DNA of 63,999 nucleotides, the filler included, from Octopus bimaculoides (taxonomy: Eukaryota), in NCBI RefSeq assembly GCF_001194135.2. It is 5 parts of 4 records of this genome, joined end to end, with 100 filler letters (N's around TTAATTAATTAA, not from the genome) between each part and the next. Parts side by side here need not be neighbours in the genome. Positions count along the whole stretch, not along the records: positions 38,603 to 54,265 come from NC_069003.1; positions 54,366 to 62,892 come from NC_068983.1; positions 62,993 to 63,999 come from NC_068983.1; 2 more parts are not named here. One strand, 5' to 3'. The notes under the pieces are model-generated. The model was not told where the DNA came from and did not search any database. It saw nothing but the letters and a program-made list of their open reading frames with translations. The position numbers and the translations under genes were made by a program. This document shows positions 52,235 through 63,999 of the stretch, piece by piece (positions within the stretch are counted from its first letter, which is position 1; every line of letters starts with the position of its first letter).

Positions 52235-54211
52235 ACACACACATATGCACACGCACACACGAACACAGATAGATAGATAGATAAATAGATAGATAGATAG
52301 ATAGAAGGAGAGAGAGATAACAAATATGTATATATATATATATTATATATATATATATATATACTTGCGTGCGAACATGCGTGTGTGTATATATGTGTGT
52401 GTGAGTGTGTGTATGTGTGTGTGTATGTATGCACACATACACACATGTGCATGTGTGCGCATGTGTTGATTTCTACAGGTATACATATACACGTGTATGG
52501 CAGGTAAGTTTGGTACAACGTATAGACGCGCGTGCGTGTATCTTTGTTTTGCAATATACATACATACATAATGTAGTTGTATATATCACACTCACCGTGT
52601 ATATGTGTTTGAATGTGACTGAAGGTATACAAATATGTGTGTTTGTGAGTGAATTTATAATTGCGTGCGTATACGCGAAGTAGCTCTCATATATACGTGT
52701 ATCTGCAGTGTATCTATGTATATATATATATATATATANNNNNNNNNNNNNNNNNNNNNNNNNNNNNNNNNNNNNNNNNNNNNNNNNNNNNNNNNNNNNN
52801 NNNNNNNNNNNNNNNNNNNNNNNNNNNNNNNNNNNNNNNNNNNNNNNNNNNNNNNNNNNNNNNNNNNNNNNNNNNNNNNNNNNNNNNNNNNNNNNNNNNN
52901 NNNNNNNNNNNNNNNNNNNNNNNNNNNNNNNNNNNNNNNNNNNNNNNNNNNNNNNNNNNNNNNNNNNNNNNNNNNNNNNNNNNNNNNNNNNNNNNNNNNN
53001 NNNNNNNNNNNNNNNNNNNNNNNNNNNNNNNNNNNNNNNNNNNNNNNNNNNNNNNNNNNNNNNNNNNNNNNNNNNNNNNNNNNNNNNNNNNNNNNNNNNN
53101 NNNNNNNNNNNNNNNNNNNNNNNNNNNNNNNNNNNNNNNNNNNNNNNNNNNNNNNNNNNNNNNNNNNNNNNNNNNNNNNNNNNNNNNNNNNNNNNNNNNN
53201 NNNNNNNNNNNNNNNNNNNNNNNNNNNNNNNNNNNNNNNNNNNNNNNNNNNNNNNNNNNNNNNNNNNNNNNNNNNNNNNNNNNNNNNNNNNNNNNNNNNN
53301 NNNNNNNNNNNNNNNNNNNNNNNNNNNNNNNNNNNNNNNNNNNNNNNNNNNNNNNNNNNNNNNNNNNNNNNNNNNNNNNNNNNNNNNNNNNNNNNNNNNN
53401 NNNNNNNNNNNNNNNNNNNNNNNNNNNNNNNNNNNNNNNNNNNNNNNNNNNNNNNNNNNNNNNNNNNNNNNNNNNNNNNNNNNNNNNNNNNNNNNNNNNN
53501 NNNNNNNNNNNNNNNNNNNNNNNNNNNNNNNNNNNNNNNNNNNNNNNNNNNNNNNNNNNNNNNNNNNNNNNNNNATATATATATATATACATAGATACAT
53601 ACACGTACGTACATATATATATAATGCGAATGTCAATCGTCTACATTGTGAATGAATGTGTGTATGTGTACGTGAGTATGTGAATATTTGTATCGGTGTG
53701 TTTGTAGGTTTTGTAAATAATAGTGCATATGTGATTATGTGTGTGTGTGTAAAACTATCCAGCAGTCTATTTCACTGAAATAGACTATTTCCAGCCTGTA
53801 AATCTCCCTCTCTCTCTTTATCTTTCTCCCAACCTCTCTTTCTCTCTCTCTCCTTCTCACTCACTCTTTCATTTTCTTTCTCTCATTCACTCGCACACGC
53901 GCATACACGCGCTACATATATTCGTATGTATATATTTACACACAAGCTCACAAATATACAGAAATTTCATGCAAATACACATATATGTATATATGTATAT
54001 ATACGACACATATGTATATATAAATATACATACACACACGTCTATGTATATATGTATATTTATATATATTATAAATAATATATAAATATATGCATACATC
54101 CATACATATATGTACACTCCTTCTTCGGTCGGCCCGAGGCTGTTGTAGAAGACACTTGCCCAAGGTGCCACGCAGCAGGACTGAACCCGGAACGATGTGG
54201 CTTTCCTGCGT

Positions 54212-54265
<54 letters not shown>

Positions 54266-54365
54266 NNNNNNNNNNNNNNNNNNNNNNNNNNNNNNNNNNN
54301 NNNNNNNNNTTAATTAATTAANNNNNNNNNNNNNNNNNNNNNNNNNNNNNNNNNNNNNNNNNNNN
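54266..54365. other. Artificial scaffold-join spacer
   Basis: 44 N + TTAATTAATTAA (54310-54321) + 44 N. Confidence 0.95.
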
Positions 54366-54540
54366 GTGCCGCTGAACTGGCTCTTGTGTGGGGTTCTGGG
54401 ATTTTTCGAGCGGGATCGTTGCTGGTGCCCCTGGGCTGGCTCTTGTGCGGGTGACACATGAGGTTTCCCGAGCGAGATGAGCGTGGCCTTTGCCAGTACC
54501 GCCTGACTGGCCTTCGTGCGGGTGACACGTAAAAGCAAGG
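54366..54540 (+). mobile_element. Internal tandem repeats of the RTE-X-like 3' UTR
   Basis: TCGTGCGGGTGACACGTAAAAGC is the reverse complement of 18034-18056. Confidence 0.7.
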
Positions 54541-55641
54541 AAATGTGAGCGAGGGGGGAACGAAAGAACGGACAGTGGAATGAACGAATAAGGGTGAAGG
54601 GGCTGATAGACAGAAATAGAGTCATACAAGATTTAGAAAAATGTATGCTTANNNNNNNNNNNNNNNNNNNNNNNNNNNNNNNNNNNNNNNNNNNNNNNNN
54701 NNNNNNNNNNNNNNNNNNNNNNNNNNNNNNNNNNNNNNNNNNNNNNNNNNNNNNNNNNNNNNNNNNNNNNNNNNNNNNNNNNNNNNNNNNNNNNNNNNNN
54801 NNNNNNNNNNNNNNNNNNNNNNNNNNNNNNNNNNNNNNNNNNNNNNNNNNNNNNNNNNNNNNNNNNNNNNNNNNNNNNNNNNNNNNNNNNNNNNNNNNNN
54901 NNNNNNNNNNNNNNNNNNNNNNNNNNNNNNNNNNNNNNNNNNNNNNNNNNNNNNNNNNNNNNNNNNNNNNNNNNNNNNNNNNNNNNNNNNNNNNNNNNNN
55001 NNNNNNNNNNNNNNNNNNNNNNNNNNNNNNNNNNNNNNNNNNNNNNNNNNNNNNNNNNNNNNNNNNNNNNNNNNNNNNNNNNNNNNNNNNNNNNNNNNNN
55101 NNNNNNNNNNNNNNNNNNNNNNNNNNNNNNNNNNNNNNNNNNNNNNNNNNNNNNNNNNNNNNNNNNNNNNNNNNNNNNNNNNNNNNNNNNNNNNNNNNNN
55201 NNNNNNNNNNNNNNNNNNNNNNNNNNNNNNNNNNNNNNNNNNNNNNNNNNNNNNNNNNNNNNNNNNNNNNNNNNNNNNNNNNNNNNNNNNNNNNNNNNNN
55301 NNNNNNNNNNNNNNNNNNNNNNNNNNNNNNNNNNNNNNNNNNNNNNNNNNNNNNNNNNNNNNNNNNNNNNNNNNNNNNNNNNNNNNNNNNNNNNNNNNNN
55401 NNNNNNNNNNNNNNNNNNNNNNNNNNNNNNNNNNNNNNNNNNNNNNNNNNNNNNNNNNNNNNNNNNNNNNNNNNNNNNNNNNNNNNNNNNNNNNNNNNNN
55501 NNNNNNNNNNNNNNNNNNNNNNNNNNNNNNNNNNNNNNNNNNNNNNNNNNNNNNNNNNNNNNNNNNNNNNNNNNNNNNNNNNNNNNNNNNNNNNNNNNNN
55601 NNNNNNNNNNNNNNNNNNNNNNNNNNNNNNNNNNNNNNNTA

Positions 55642-55910
55642 GATGCATATCAGGGTACAGGACGTTAGAAAACTGAACTACAGACAACGGAACGAACACA
55701 TAGGAAAACAGATAGCCACTTGGAATTATTCCTTCATCAGCTGTCTCTATTCTAACTAGACGTTTCGAAGATAAGGCATAACGTACTCTAGAATAGTCTC
55801 TTCCTGAGTAGTGGATCATCCCACTAAACAGAGGATTCCAAGGTGGCAAACACAAACCAAGACAGGAAAAAATGGACAGTGAAAACAACATTCAAAAGCC
55901 GTACGGCCAA
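55642..55910 (-). mobile_element. Putative Penelope pLTR family copy
   Basis: Homologous to 36880-37150; contains CUGAUGA and GAAACGUC motifs. Confidence 0.5.
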
Positions 55911-55917
55911 ACGCGAA

Positions 55918-55944
<27 letters not shown>

Positions 55945-55954
<10 letters not shown>

Positions 55955-56470
55955 CTTTTACTTGTTTCAGTCATTAGACTCTGACCTTGCTGCAGCACCA
56001 CCTTGAATTTTTAGTACTTACGTTTTGCTAAGCCTGACAGTTTCCTATCGATTTCTTTTGCCGAACTGCTTTGTTACTGAGACGCAAACGCACCAACACC
56101 AGTTGTCAAGAGGTACTGGAGATCAAACGCAGACATAAAGACACACACGCATAAATATATATGCATACATACATATATATACAGAAAAGAAAGAATTTAA
56201 GTAACTGGTAATCTAACCAAATAAGTATGTGGTCTGAGTGCTCCAAGTGATAAGCTACTAGAATCCAAGTTCACAACGGGGACTGGAATTGTGGTATATA
56301 TATATACACTACGGGCTTTTTTCATATTCCATATTCCAGATACAATCACAAGGCTTGGGTGGCACGTTGCCATAGTAGAATACAAATGGTATGGCGTCAT
56401 GCGCTGGAACTGAACTCGGTACCATGTGTTTAGGAAGCAAACGTCTTACGAACACAGCCACGCCAGCGCA
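55945..56470 (-). mobile_element. tRNA-SINE (12653 family), interrupted
   Basis: CTTTTACTTGTTTCAGTCATT at one end; GAACTGAACTCGGTACCATGTG...CACAGCCACGCC head at the other. Confidence 0.65.
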
Positions 56471-56639
56471 TATCTATGTATATACGAATATCTCTGAGTC
56501 AATCTATTTTTTATTCGTCTGTTAAACTACGTAAATTTTTTTATATCTATATGTATGTATCTATATATGTAGGTGTACCTCAATTTGCGCGCGCGCGCGT
56601 GTGAGAGAGAGTGCGTGAAGACATATATCTCCCCTCTTA

Positions 56640-56878
56640 CAAGGCCCGAAATTGGAGGGAGGCTGGCCAGTCGATTGGATCGACCCCGATACGCAACTGG
56701 TACTTTATTTATCGACCCCGTAAAAATGAAACACAAAATCGACCTCGGTGGAATTTGAACTTAGACACAGCGACGGGCGAAATGCCGCTAAGCATTTTAC
56801 CTGGCGTGCATTTTTCCGGTGTGCATTTTGCTCGACGTGCACTTTGTTCCTTGCATGCAGTTTGCCCAGCTCACCACT

Positions 56879-56880
<2 letters not shown>
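56640..56880 (-). mobile_element. tRNA-derived SINE (second family)
   Basis: CGACCTCGGTGGAATTTGAACTTAG...GCCCAGCTCACCACTTT, followed by (AAT)n. Confidence 0.75.
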
Positions 56881-56954
<74 letters not shown>

Positions 56955-58259
56955 CAACAACAACAACAACAANNNNNNNNNNNNNNNNNNNNNNNNNNNN
57001 NNNNNNNNNNNNNNNNNNNNNNNNNNNNNNNNNNNNNNNNNNNNNNNNNNNNNNNNNNNNNNNNNNNNNNNNNNNNNNNNNNNNNNNNNNNNNNNNNNNN
57101 NNNNNNNNNNNNNNNNNNNNNNNNNNNNNNNNNNNNNNNNNNNNNNNNNNNNNNNNNNNNNNNNNNNNNNNNNNNNNNNNNNNNNNNNNNNNNNNNNNNN
57201 NNNNNNNNNNNNNNNNNNNNNNNNNNNNNNNNNNNNNNNNNNNNNNNNNNNNNNNNNNNNNNNNNNNNNNNNNNNNNNNNNNNNNNNNNNNNNNNNNNNN
57301 NNNNNNNNNNNNNNNNNNNNNNNNNNNNNNNNCAACAACAACAACAACAAGAGTGCTAATCTTGACAGCGCTGCGCGGACCAGTCAGTAGCCGAACATAC
57401 AGAAACACTAATACAAGGCACCAGAACAACTGAAAAATAACTTTCAAAAACTCGATCATCTACAATCTCCTGTAAGTATTCTTTAAATGTCCCCCAAAAT
57501 AAGGTTATAAACTTATATATCTACAATTTTCTGTGAAAATTTTACCCTTCTTTTCTCCTTGACTGCTCCAGTATGTAAACATACCTTTTATTGCAACAAA
57601 TTAAACGCACGATAAAAATTAACGAGATAAGCACCTATAAATATATACAAACTTCACAATTACGAAAACTGTTAGCCACAGCAAAACCTATACAAAGAAA
57701 AAAAATTCAAACCCACCCCCGCAATCCAAAATTTCAAAAGTTTAACGATGTAAACGTCAGTATATAATTATTATTTTTCTATCGATAATTAAAAACATAA
57801 CAAGATCAGCTGGTTCTTTCTAAGACCAGGGTCTGCTAATAGTAGTAAACACATTTGACCTCTGCTGACCGCAAGGGTGTGACGCTTCTTTTGTCCCCTG
57901 ATCGCACAGGAATGCGAAGCCCCATTGTTGATTTCCTTCTCAGCATCTGCCGAACCTATTTACAGACCTGTGGAATTTGGTCTATTCACCAATCTTCTTC
58001 TCTCTCTTTCTCCTAGTATCTACTCCAACCCTCACATATTTATGATTATCTCAAGTACAAGACAATAGTCAAAACTAAACAACATTTTATTGTACTAGAA
58101 AGTAGTTGGAGCAAAGATATCTCAAACAAAGATATCTCAAGACGGTTACAGTACCAGTACTGTAGGAACACTTGAAATGATCAGTAAAGGAACTGAAAAT
58201 TATTTGAGAATGATCCTTGAATTACCATTCATTCAGGAAGTGCAAAAGATTGTATTAAC

Positions 58260-59447
58260 TGGGAGTCTGTTCAATTTGGCTCACAGATTTTAAAATTAAT
58301 TTTTTTAAACTAAACGAAGTTTGAACTAAACGAAGTTTGAACTAAACGAAGTTTGAACTAAACGAAGTTTGAACTAAACGAAGTTTGAACTAAACGAAGT
58401 TTGAATTGAACGAAGTTTAAACTAAACGAAGTTTAAAACTTCGTATACTGGTGGAATGTCTCAGGCTGAACACGGTTAACTTTGAACATTTTTGACAAAA
58501 TTTAGTATCTTAGAAGTTGTTTCGTGTTAAAACTGTCGTATTTTAGATAATTTCAACCAATCAACGACGCGTATTCGATTGAAGAAAGCTACTGCTGTTT
58601 GCGAGAGTAATCGAAGAGGAACAACTTCCGGGTCATCTCTACTAAATGTCACTGCTCTCTTCCATTTTATTTATTGTTTACTGCCTGTGTTGCATATTAC
58701 ACGCTTATTTTGGTTCACGTATCGGAGTAACCAGTAAACATCGAAGAATCAACACCAAGAAGGAAGAAATATCATTTACATATATTACATATATAAAACA
58801 CCGACATCGGTGTTTTATCCACACATAAAGCACATGAGTCCACAACTAGCTTTTTGTTGTTGACGTATATGTAGTTTCAAAATGCCTTATTTTACAACTA
58901 TGAGATGTATTGTTATTGTCATGATTTTATCTTACTATAATCAACAACAAACACATTTCGTCAATATAAAGTCTTTATTAGATAAAAAATAACATTATCA
59001 AGACATGAAGGTAAAACAAAACAGATAGCGGCTTATACACCGGAAAATACGGTAATTGTAACGGCAGTGACAAGTTCGCTCGCTGGTTGCTAGTTGATAG
59101 TGTTGAAAGGATGGAAAGAGTAAGGAATGTACGGTGCTGACTAGATGGAAAGAAAGGATAAAGGTGACTTCATCTTCACTCGACATACGAATAGAAAAGA
59201 GTGGTGACATTTAGTAGAGATGACCCGGAAGTTGTTCCTCTTCAATCGAATACACGTCGTTGATCGGTTGGAATTACCCAAATACGACAACTTTAACACA
59301 AAATAACTTCTAAAATACCAAATTTTGTGGAAAATGTTCAAAGTAAACCGTGTTCTGCCTGATATATTCCATCAGTATACGAAGTTTCAAACTGTTTAGT
59401 TAAAAAATATTAATTAAAAATCTGTGAGCTAAACTGAACAGATCCTA
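58260..59447. mobile_element. ~1.19-kb non-autonomous DNA transposon with ~290-bp TIRs (possibly Academ-like)
   Basis: Left TGGGAGTCTGTTCAATTTGGCTCACAGA... versus right ...TCTGTGAGCTAAACTGAACAGATCCTA; AAC (up to AACTG) duplicated at the junctions. Confidence 0.85.
58308..58435 (+). repeat. 16-bp tandem repeat x8 within the left TIR
   Basis: AACTAAACGAAGTTTG units. Confidence 0.95.
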
Positions 59448-59490
59448 AACTGGCACGCCACACGTGTTGAGAAGAGTATTGTCGCTGTGA

Positions 59491-60556
59491 ATTTAAAGTG
59501 ACTGAGCAGAGATTAGTTTATGAAGCTAATGCTGTTAGGAGAAGAAAGTGGATGGCAGAATTGGAGATAGAAGAGATCACAGCCTAACTGGAAAAGAAAG
59601 ACCAAGCAGTGGGAAAGACAAACACTAATATAAGAAATACATCTCAAACCAAAGAAGAGCCTAAGGAAAAAATAATAATAGTTCTACCAATAAGGATGGA
59701 ACAACTGGCACCAACGGCTTAAGTGATTTAAGAGAGGAAGGTCAGACGACTTTAGATGAGTTGCAGTAAGTAATGAGTAATGAAGTAAGAAAAAGATTGC
59801 CAGAATTAAAAGACACCAACAGATGGATGATACAAGAAATTACTAGGAAAGTAGATTCTGTTATCAGGATATTAAAAATATAGAAGACACTAACTTATTG
59901 ATCTATACAGGTGGGGGTAGTAGTCACCAGAAGATCAGTTATCTCACAGGGAAAGATTCAGAAAGAGAAAATGTGGAAAAGGAGACTACAAAATAAAGTG
60001 AAGGCTTTAAGGCAAGATCTGAGTAGAATAGAAACCTGGAAACTGAACAAGTTAGGAAACAGATGCAAATCTTCCCTCGAACAAAGATATTTAGTCAAAG
60101 TGAAAGGATTTGAGACAGTAATAGAAATGTTGAAATAGTGTATCATAAGAGTAGCAGGCATGCTCTCCATGTATCAGAAAGGAATAGATTAGTATCAACA
60201 GAGTAGACTATTTGAGACAGACTAGAGGAGATTTTATAATCAAATAAATAGTAGAGAACGAAGTACTGAAGATAAGAAACCTAATGTAGAGGAAGCTAGA
60301 CAGTTCTGGAGTTATATTTGGGATAAACCAGTCAATCGTAATGGAGATGCAATATGGTTACAGAAAGTGAGGGAAGAAGTAGTGAGTGAGAAGTAGCCAG
60401 ATCTAAGATTAACTACTACATTAATGAGTAAAGTGTTGGGGAAAATGCAGAATTGGAAGGGCCCAGGACCAGATTTAGTTCAAGGGAACTGGCTGAAGAA
60501 ATTCAGTAGTTTTTATGGGAGGCTAAGGGAACAATTTCAGGATTGCCTTAATGGAT
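59491..60556 (+). mobile_element. R4/Dong-like non-LTR element, pre-RT region, decayed
   Basis: TEQRLVYEANAVRRRKWMAELEIEEI...WKRRLQNKVKALRQDLSRIE...EARQFWSYIWDKPV...KMQNWKGPGPDLVQGNWLKKF. Confidence 0.85.
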
Positions 60557-61199
60557 GAATAATAAGTAGATTACAACTATTACTATAGATAGATATATAT
60601 CTTTGAATAATCCTAAATATATGTATTAATGGAGAAATATTCTAATTTCGTTACTTCTGAAAGACTTAGTAATATTTTTTATATATAATGTATTATTTCT
60701 TTATCTGAGAAATATATCGATTATAATTATCGTGGATATTTGTTTCTTTTTTGTTTTAATTTACGGAGTTCCCCCCCACGATAATGTACGTAAATAAAGA
60801 CCTTATTTGTTAGTTACTTTGAATAATTTTTATGTCATTAACAATACGTAATTGAGAGGTGTTATTATACATTATCATTACATTATATATATATATATNN
60901 NNNNNNNNNNNNNNNNNNNNNNNNNNNNNNNNNNNNNNNNNNNNNNNNNNNNNNNNNNNNNNNNNNNNNNNNNNNNNNNNNNNNNNNNNNNNNNNNNNNN
61001 NNNNNNNNNNNNNNNNNNNNNNNNNNNNNNNNNNNNNNNNNNNNNNNNNNNNNNNNNNNNNNNNNNNNNNNNNNNNNNNNNNNNNNNNNNNNNNNNNNNN
61101 NNNNNNNNNNNNNNNNNNNNNNNNNNNNNNNNNNNNNNNNNNNNNNNNNNNNNNNNNNNNNNNNNNNNNNNNNNNNNNNNNNNNNNNNNNNNNNAAAAA

Positions 61200-61289
61200 A
61201 AAAAACCGTTACTCTGAGGTTCACGTTCCCTTTCATCGGACAGTTTTGTCCGATGAACGGGAACGTGAAACTCAGAGAAACGTTTTTTT
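61200..61289. repeat. 90-bp near-perfect palindrome whose arms each resemble a hammerhead motif
   Basis: 43-bp arms with 4 mismatches around a GTTT loop. Confidence 0.9.
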
Positions 61290-61544
61290 TGTTATATTTC
61301 TGCTGCTTTTAAATAAAGTATATATATATATATATATATATATATCATATATTTTCTTTGAGTAATAATAAATATAGGAATAGTAGCCGAGTAATAATAG
61401 ATATATGAATAGTAGCTGATATACTAGAAATACGTTCTTTCGAACATGTATAGACATATTTATAGAATAAACATGGATTTACACGATTAATCTTTCAATA
61501 AAACTAAGTAAAACTCTGGTACTTTATTTATTTATATAATAATA

Positions 61545-61561
61545 CATTATCATTATTATTA

Positions 61562-61617
<56 letters not shown>

Positions 61618-61626
61618 TGCCAATTT

Positions 61627-61703
<77 letters not shown>

Positions 61704-61716
61704 GCTACAATTATTA

Positions 61717-61756
<40 letters not shown>

Positions 61757-61767
61757 CATTATTATTA

Positions 61768-61804
<37 letters not shown>

Positions 61805-61831
61805 TACTACTACTACTACTATTATTATTAT
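61545..61831. repeat. Compound (TTA)n/(CTA)n array forming the tail/target of the adjacent LINE
   Basis: Directly visible. Confidence 0.95.
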
Positions 61832-62892
61832 TCAGTAGTTTATTTTATAGCGTGCTTTCACTTCACTACCGAGCGCAGGCTCTGTGTACCTTGGGTATGT
61901 GCTGTGGTTTGCTGTGATGCTCTTATGGTTACTGTATTGAAAGTGTTTTGTGTAGGATGTGTGCAGTGCCTAGTAGTGCAATTTTCTGTATGTTATATAT
62001 ATTTGTAAGTCCTGGTGTTTTTGATATGTATTTGTCTGAATATTTTTTATCATATGATAGGAATTGTTTCTGTTTTAGATTCCACATTCGAGTTGCCTCT
62101 ATTTCCAGGTTTTTGGGAAACGTTATCATCTGCTGATATTGATACATCAATTAGAAAACATTTTTTTTCTTCATGATCTTTGACAACTATATCTGGTCTA
62201 TTGGCCTTAATTTATCTATCTGTGTGTATTGGCATATCCCANNNNNNNNNNCGTTGTTGTTCTAGTTTTAGTTTGGATTTCATTTGTTTTATAGCTTTTG
62301 TTGTTTCTTTTTCTTCTTCTTCTTTCTCTTCTTCATATTTATTAGGTAGTATGATTTCTTGTTTTTATTTGTCAGCTTCCTTAAATACTGAAAACAGTTT
62401 TTTGTTTTACTCGTGTTTTGTGGCTATTTGTATTAGTTTACCTTGCTTCTGAAGTAAGTATTTTTGCAGTCCTACGGTGGCTATTTTATAATAGTTTTCC
62501 AACTGTACAAGGCCTCTCCCACCTTCTGTACGTTATATATATATAGCCTTTCTATGTCAGATCTTGGGTGGTGCATCCTAGATCTTGTCATTATTTTTCT
62601 TGTTTTCCTGTCTATTTTCGTTAGTTCGTTTAGTGTCCAGTTAAGGATATTGTAGCTGTAACTTATAATTGGGACGGCTAAAGTGTTAATACCTATTATC
62701 TTGTTTATAGTATTGAGCTCTGTTTTTAGTATTGATCTAACTCGTCTATAGTACTCTTTCTTTATTTTCTCTTTCATTTGTGTGTGTTGTATCCTATCTA
62801 GTTCATTGATTCCTAAATATTTGTATGTCTGGCTTTGGTCTAATTCTCTTATTTCATTGGCTTTATCTAGTGTGATATTGCTACTCTTAATT
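61832..62892 (-). mobile_element. R4/Dong-like RLE LINE 3' portion with (TAA)n tail
   Basis: KEKIKKEYYRRVRSILKTELNTINKIIGINTLAVPIISYSYNILNW...HHPRSDIERLY; C-terminus NIQKIALLGTAHILHKTLSIQ*; truncated by scaffold end. Confidence 0.9.
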
Positions 62893-62992
62893 NNNNNNNN
62901 NNNNNNNNNNNNNNNNNNNNNNNNNNNNNNNNNNNNTTAATTAATTAANNNNNNNNNNNNNNNNNNNNNNNNNNNNNNNNNNNNNNNNNNNN
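62893..62992. other. Artificial scaffold-join spacer
   Basis: 44 N + TTAATTAATTAA (62937-62948) + 44 N. Confidence 0.95.
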
Positions 62993-63035
62993 TATATATA
63001 TATATATATATATGCGTGCCTATACATACACACAC

Positions 63036-63082
<47 letters not shown>

Positions 63083-63820
63083 GTATCAACAATGATTTAA
63101 CGTTGATGGTTCGTCGATAATAGACAGGTCTAGTAACAGAGCTTGATAAGATGAAACTTTTATTATATAATACTATGGCAGTAGTGAGCTGAGGAAGTAA
63201 ACAAAATAAATGTGGAAGAAGGGTTGGAAGGACTAATAATTCCTAAGTCTGTTGTGTACTCAAATTTACAAACTTATAAGTGCATTACTTTGGATAAGTA
63301 CGTATACAACAAGGAGAAGTGAAGTCTGACGTTTCGGAATTGACTCTTTATCCGAGAGAAAAGTGATTTCATTTAAGTGAGATAGTACTAAAATGTGCTG
63401 GAGAAAACAGGTGTAACTCACATAAAGTGAGCGTAGATAATAAGAAAATTTTAAGAGTATTAACAAATTGATTTATTCTATTATCAGAAGAGAGTCCTGT
63501 GTTTGTGTTAGAAGTGGTTATAATTGTAGAGACCGTAATGGGACCAAGAGACACAGATAACAAAGTTTAATGTGTATAAAATTATGCTCCTTATTGCAAA
63601 CTGTAGTAAGTGTAGAAGAGACTGAGAGGTTTCCGTATCAGATTTTGAAGTACGTTGAGGATTATTAATATTTAACATGGGTATCTATGCGAATCGACGG
63701 TAGGAATTTTGTTGCATAGATTCCGACACATTCATAAAAACAACACTGTACATTTCAACAGAAGTGAACATTGAGAACTTTAACGTTTACACTTGTAAAG
63801 CAAAACAGCGCATATGTGTA

Positions 63821-63869
<49 letters not shown>

Positions 63870-63999
63870 TCTTGTGGGTGTGTAATGATAGTACTACTAA
63901 TTGATAGATACATTTCTTTTATTAGCCACACAGGGCTCAACGAAGATGGGACAAATACAATGTAGAGCTTTTCTTTTTGGGAGGGGGAAGGAAGGAAAA

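Larger units (their letters stand above)
58090..59490 (+). mobile_element. R4/Dong-like RLE LINE 3' fragment split by a TIR element
   Basis: TVPVL*EHL.../MISKGTENYLRMILELPFIQEVQKIVL|TGTPHVLRRVLSL* reads across the 58260-59447 insertion. Confidence 0.75.

Noticed and set aside
58308-58435. CRISPR-like array
   Set aside because: Head-to-tail 16-mers without spacers, in a eukaryotic transposon TIR

Overview
Repeat-dense, gapped animal genomic DNA. The SINE/LINE families and extreme microsatellite load suggest a cephalopod (probably Octopus) draft genome, but this is inference. The window is five pieces joined by artificial 100-nt spacers (44 N + TTAATTAATTAA + 44 N at about 18.1, 38.5, 54.3 and 62.9 kb), so long-range adjacency is unverified. 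Only one host coding exon is supportable: a minus-strand exon (49061-49751, 5' end in an N gap) encoding a TGF-beta-superfamily prodomain N-terminus (activin/myostatin/maverick-like) behind a ~100-aa Ser/Thr tract built from trinucleotide repeats. Its mature-ligand exon was not found in the window. The rest is transposon debris: RTE-X and BovB-like LINEs, R4/Dong-like RLE LINEs in (TAA)n arrays, Penelope-like fragments, mariner and maT transposase relics, MITEs and tRNA-derived SINEs. The most unusual observations are several minimal hammerhead-ribozyme-like motifs (including a head-to-head pair in a 90-bp palindrome), a 5'-truncated U6 snRNA segment just upstream of a SINE-like body, and repeated insertion of RLE elements into TAA microsatellites. 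Nearly all long ORFs in the supplied track are microsatellite or N-gap artefacts. All family assignments are by eye, without database searches.
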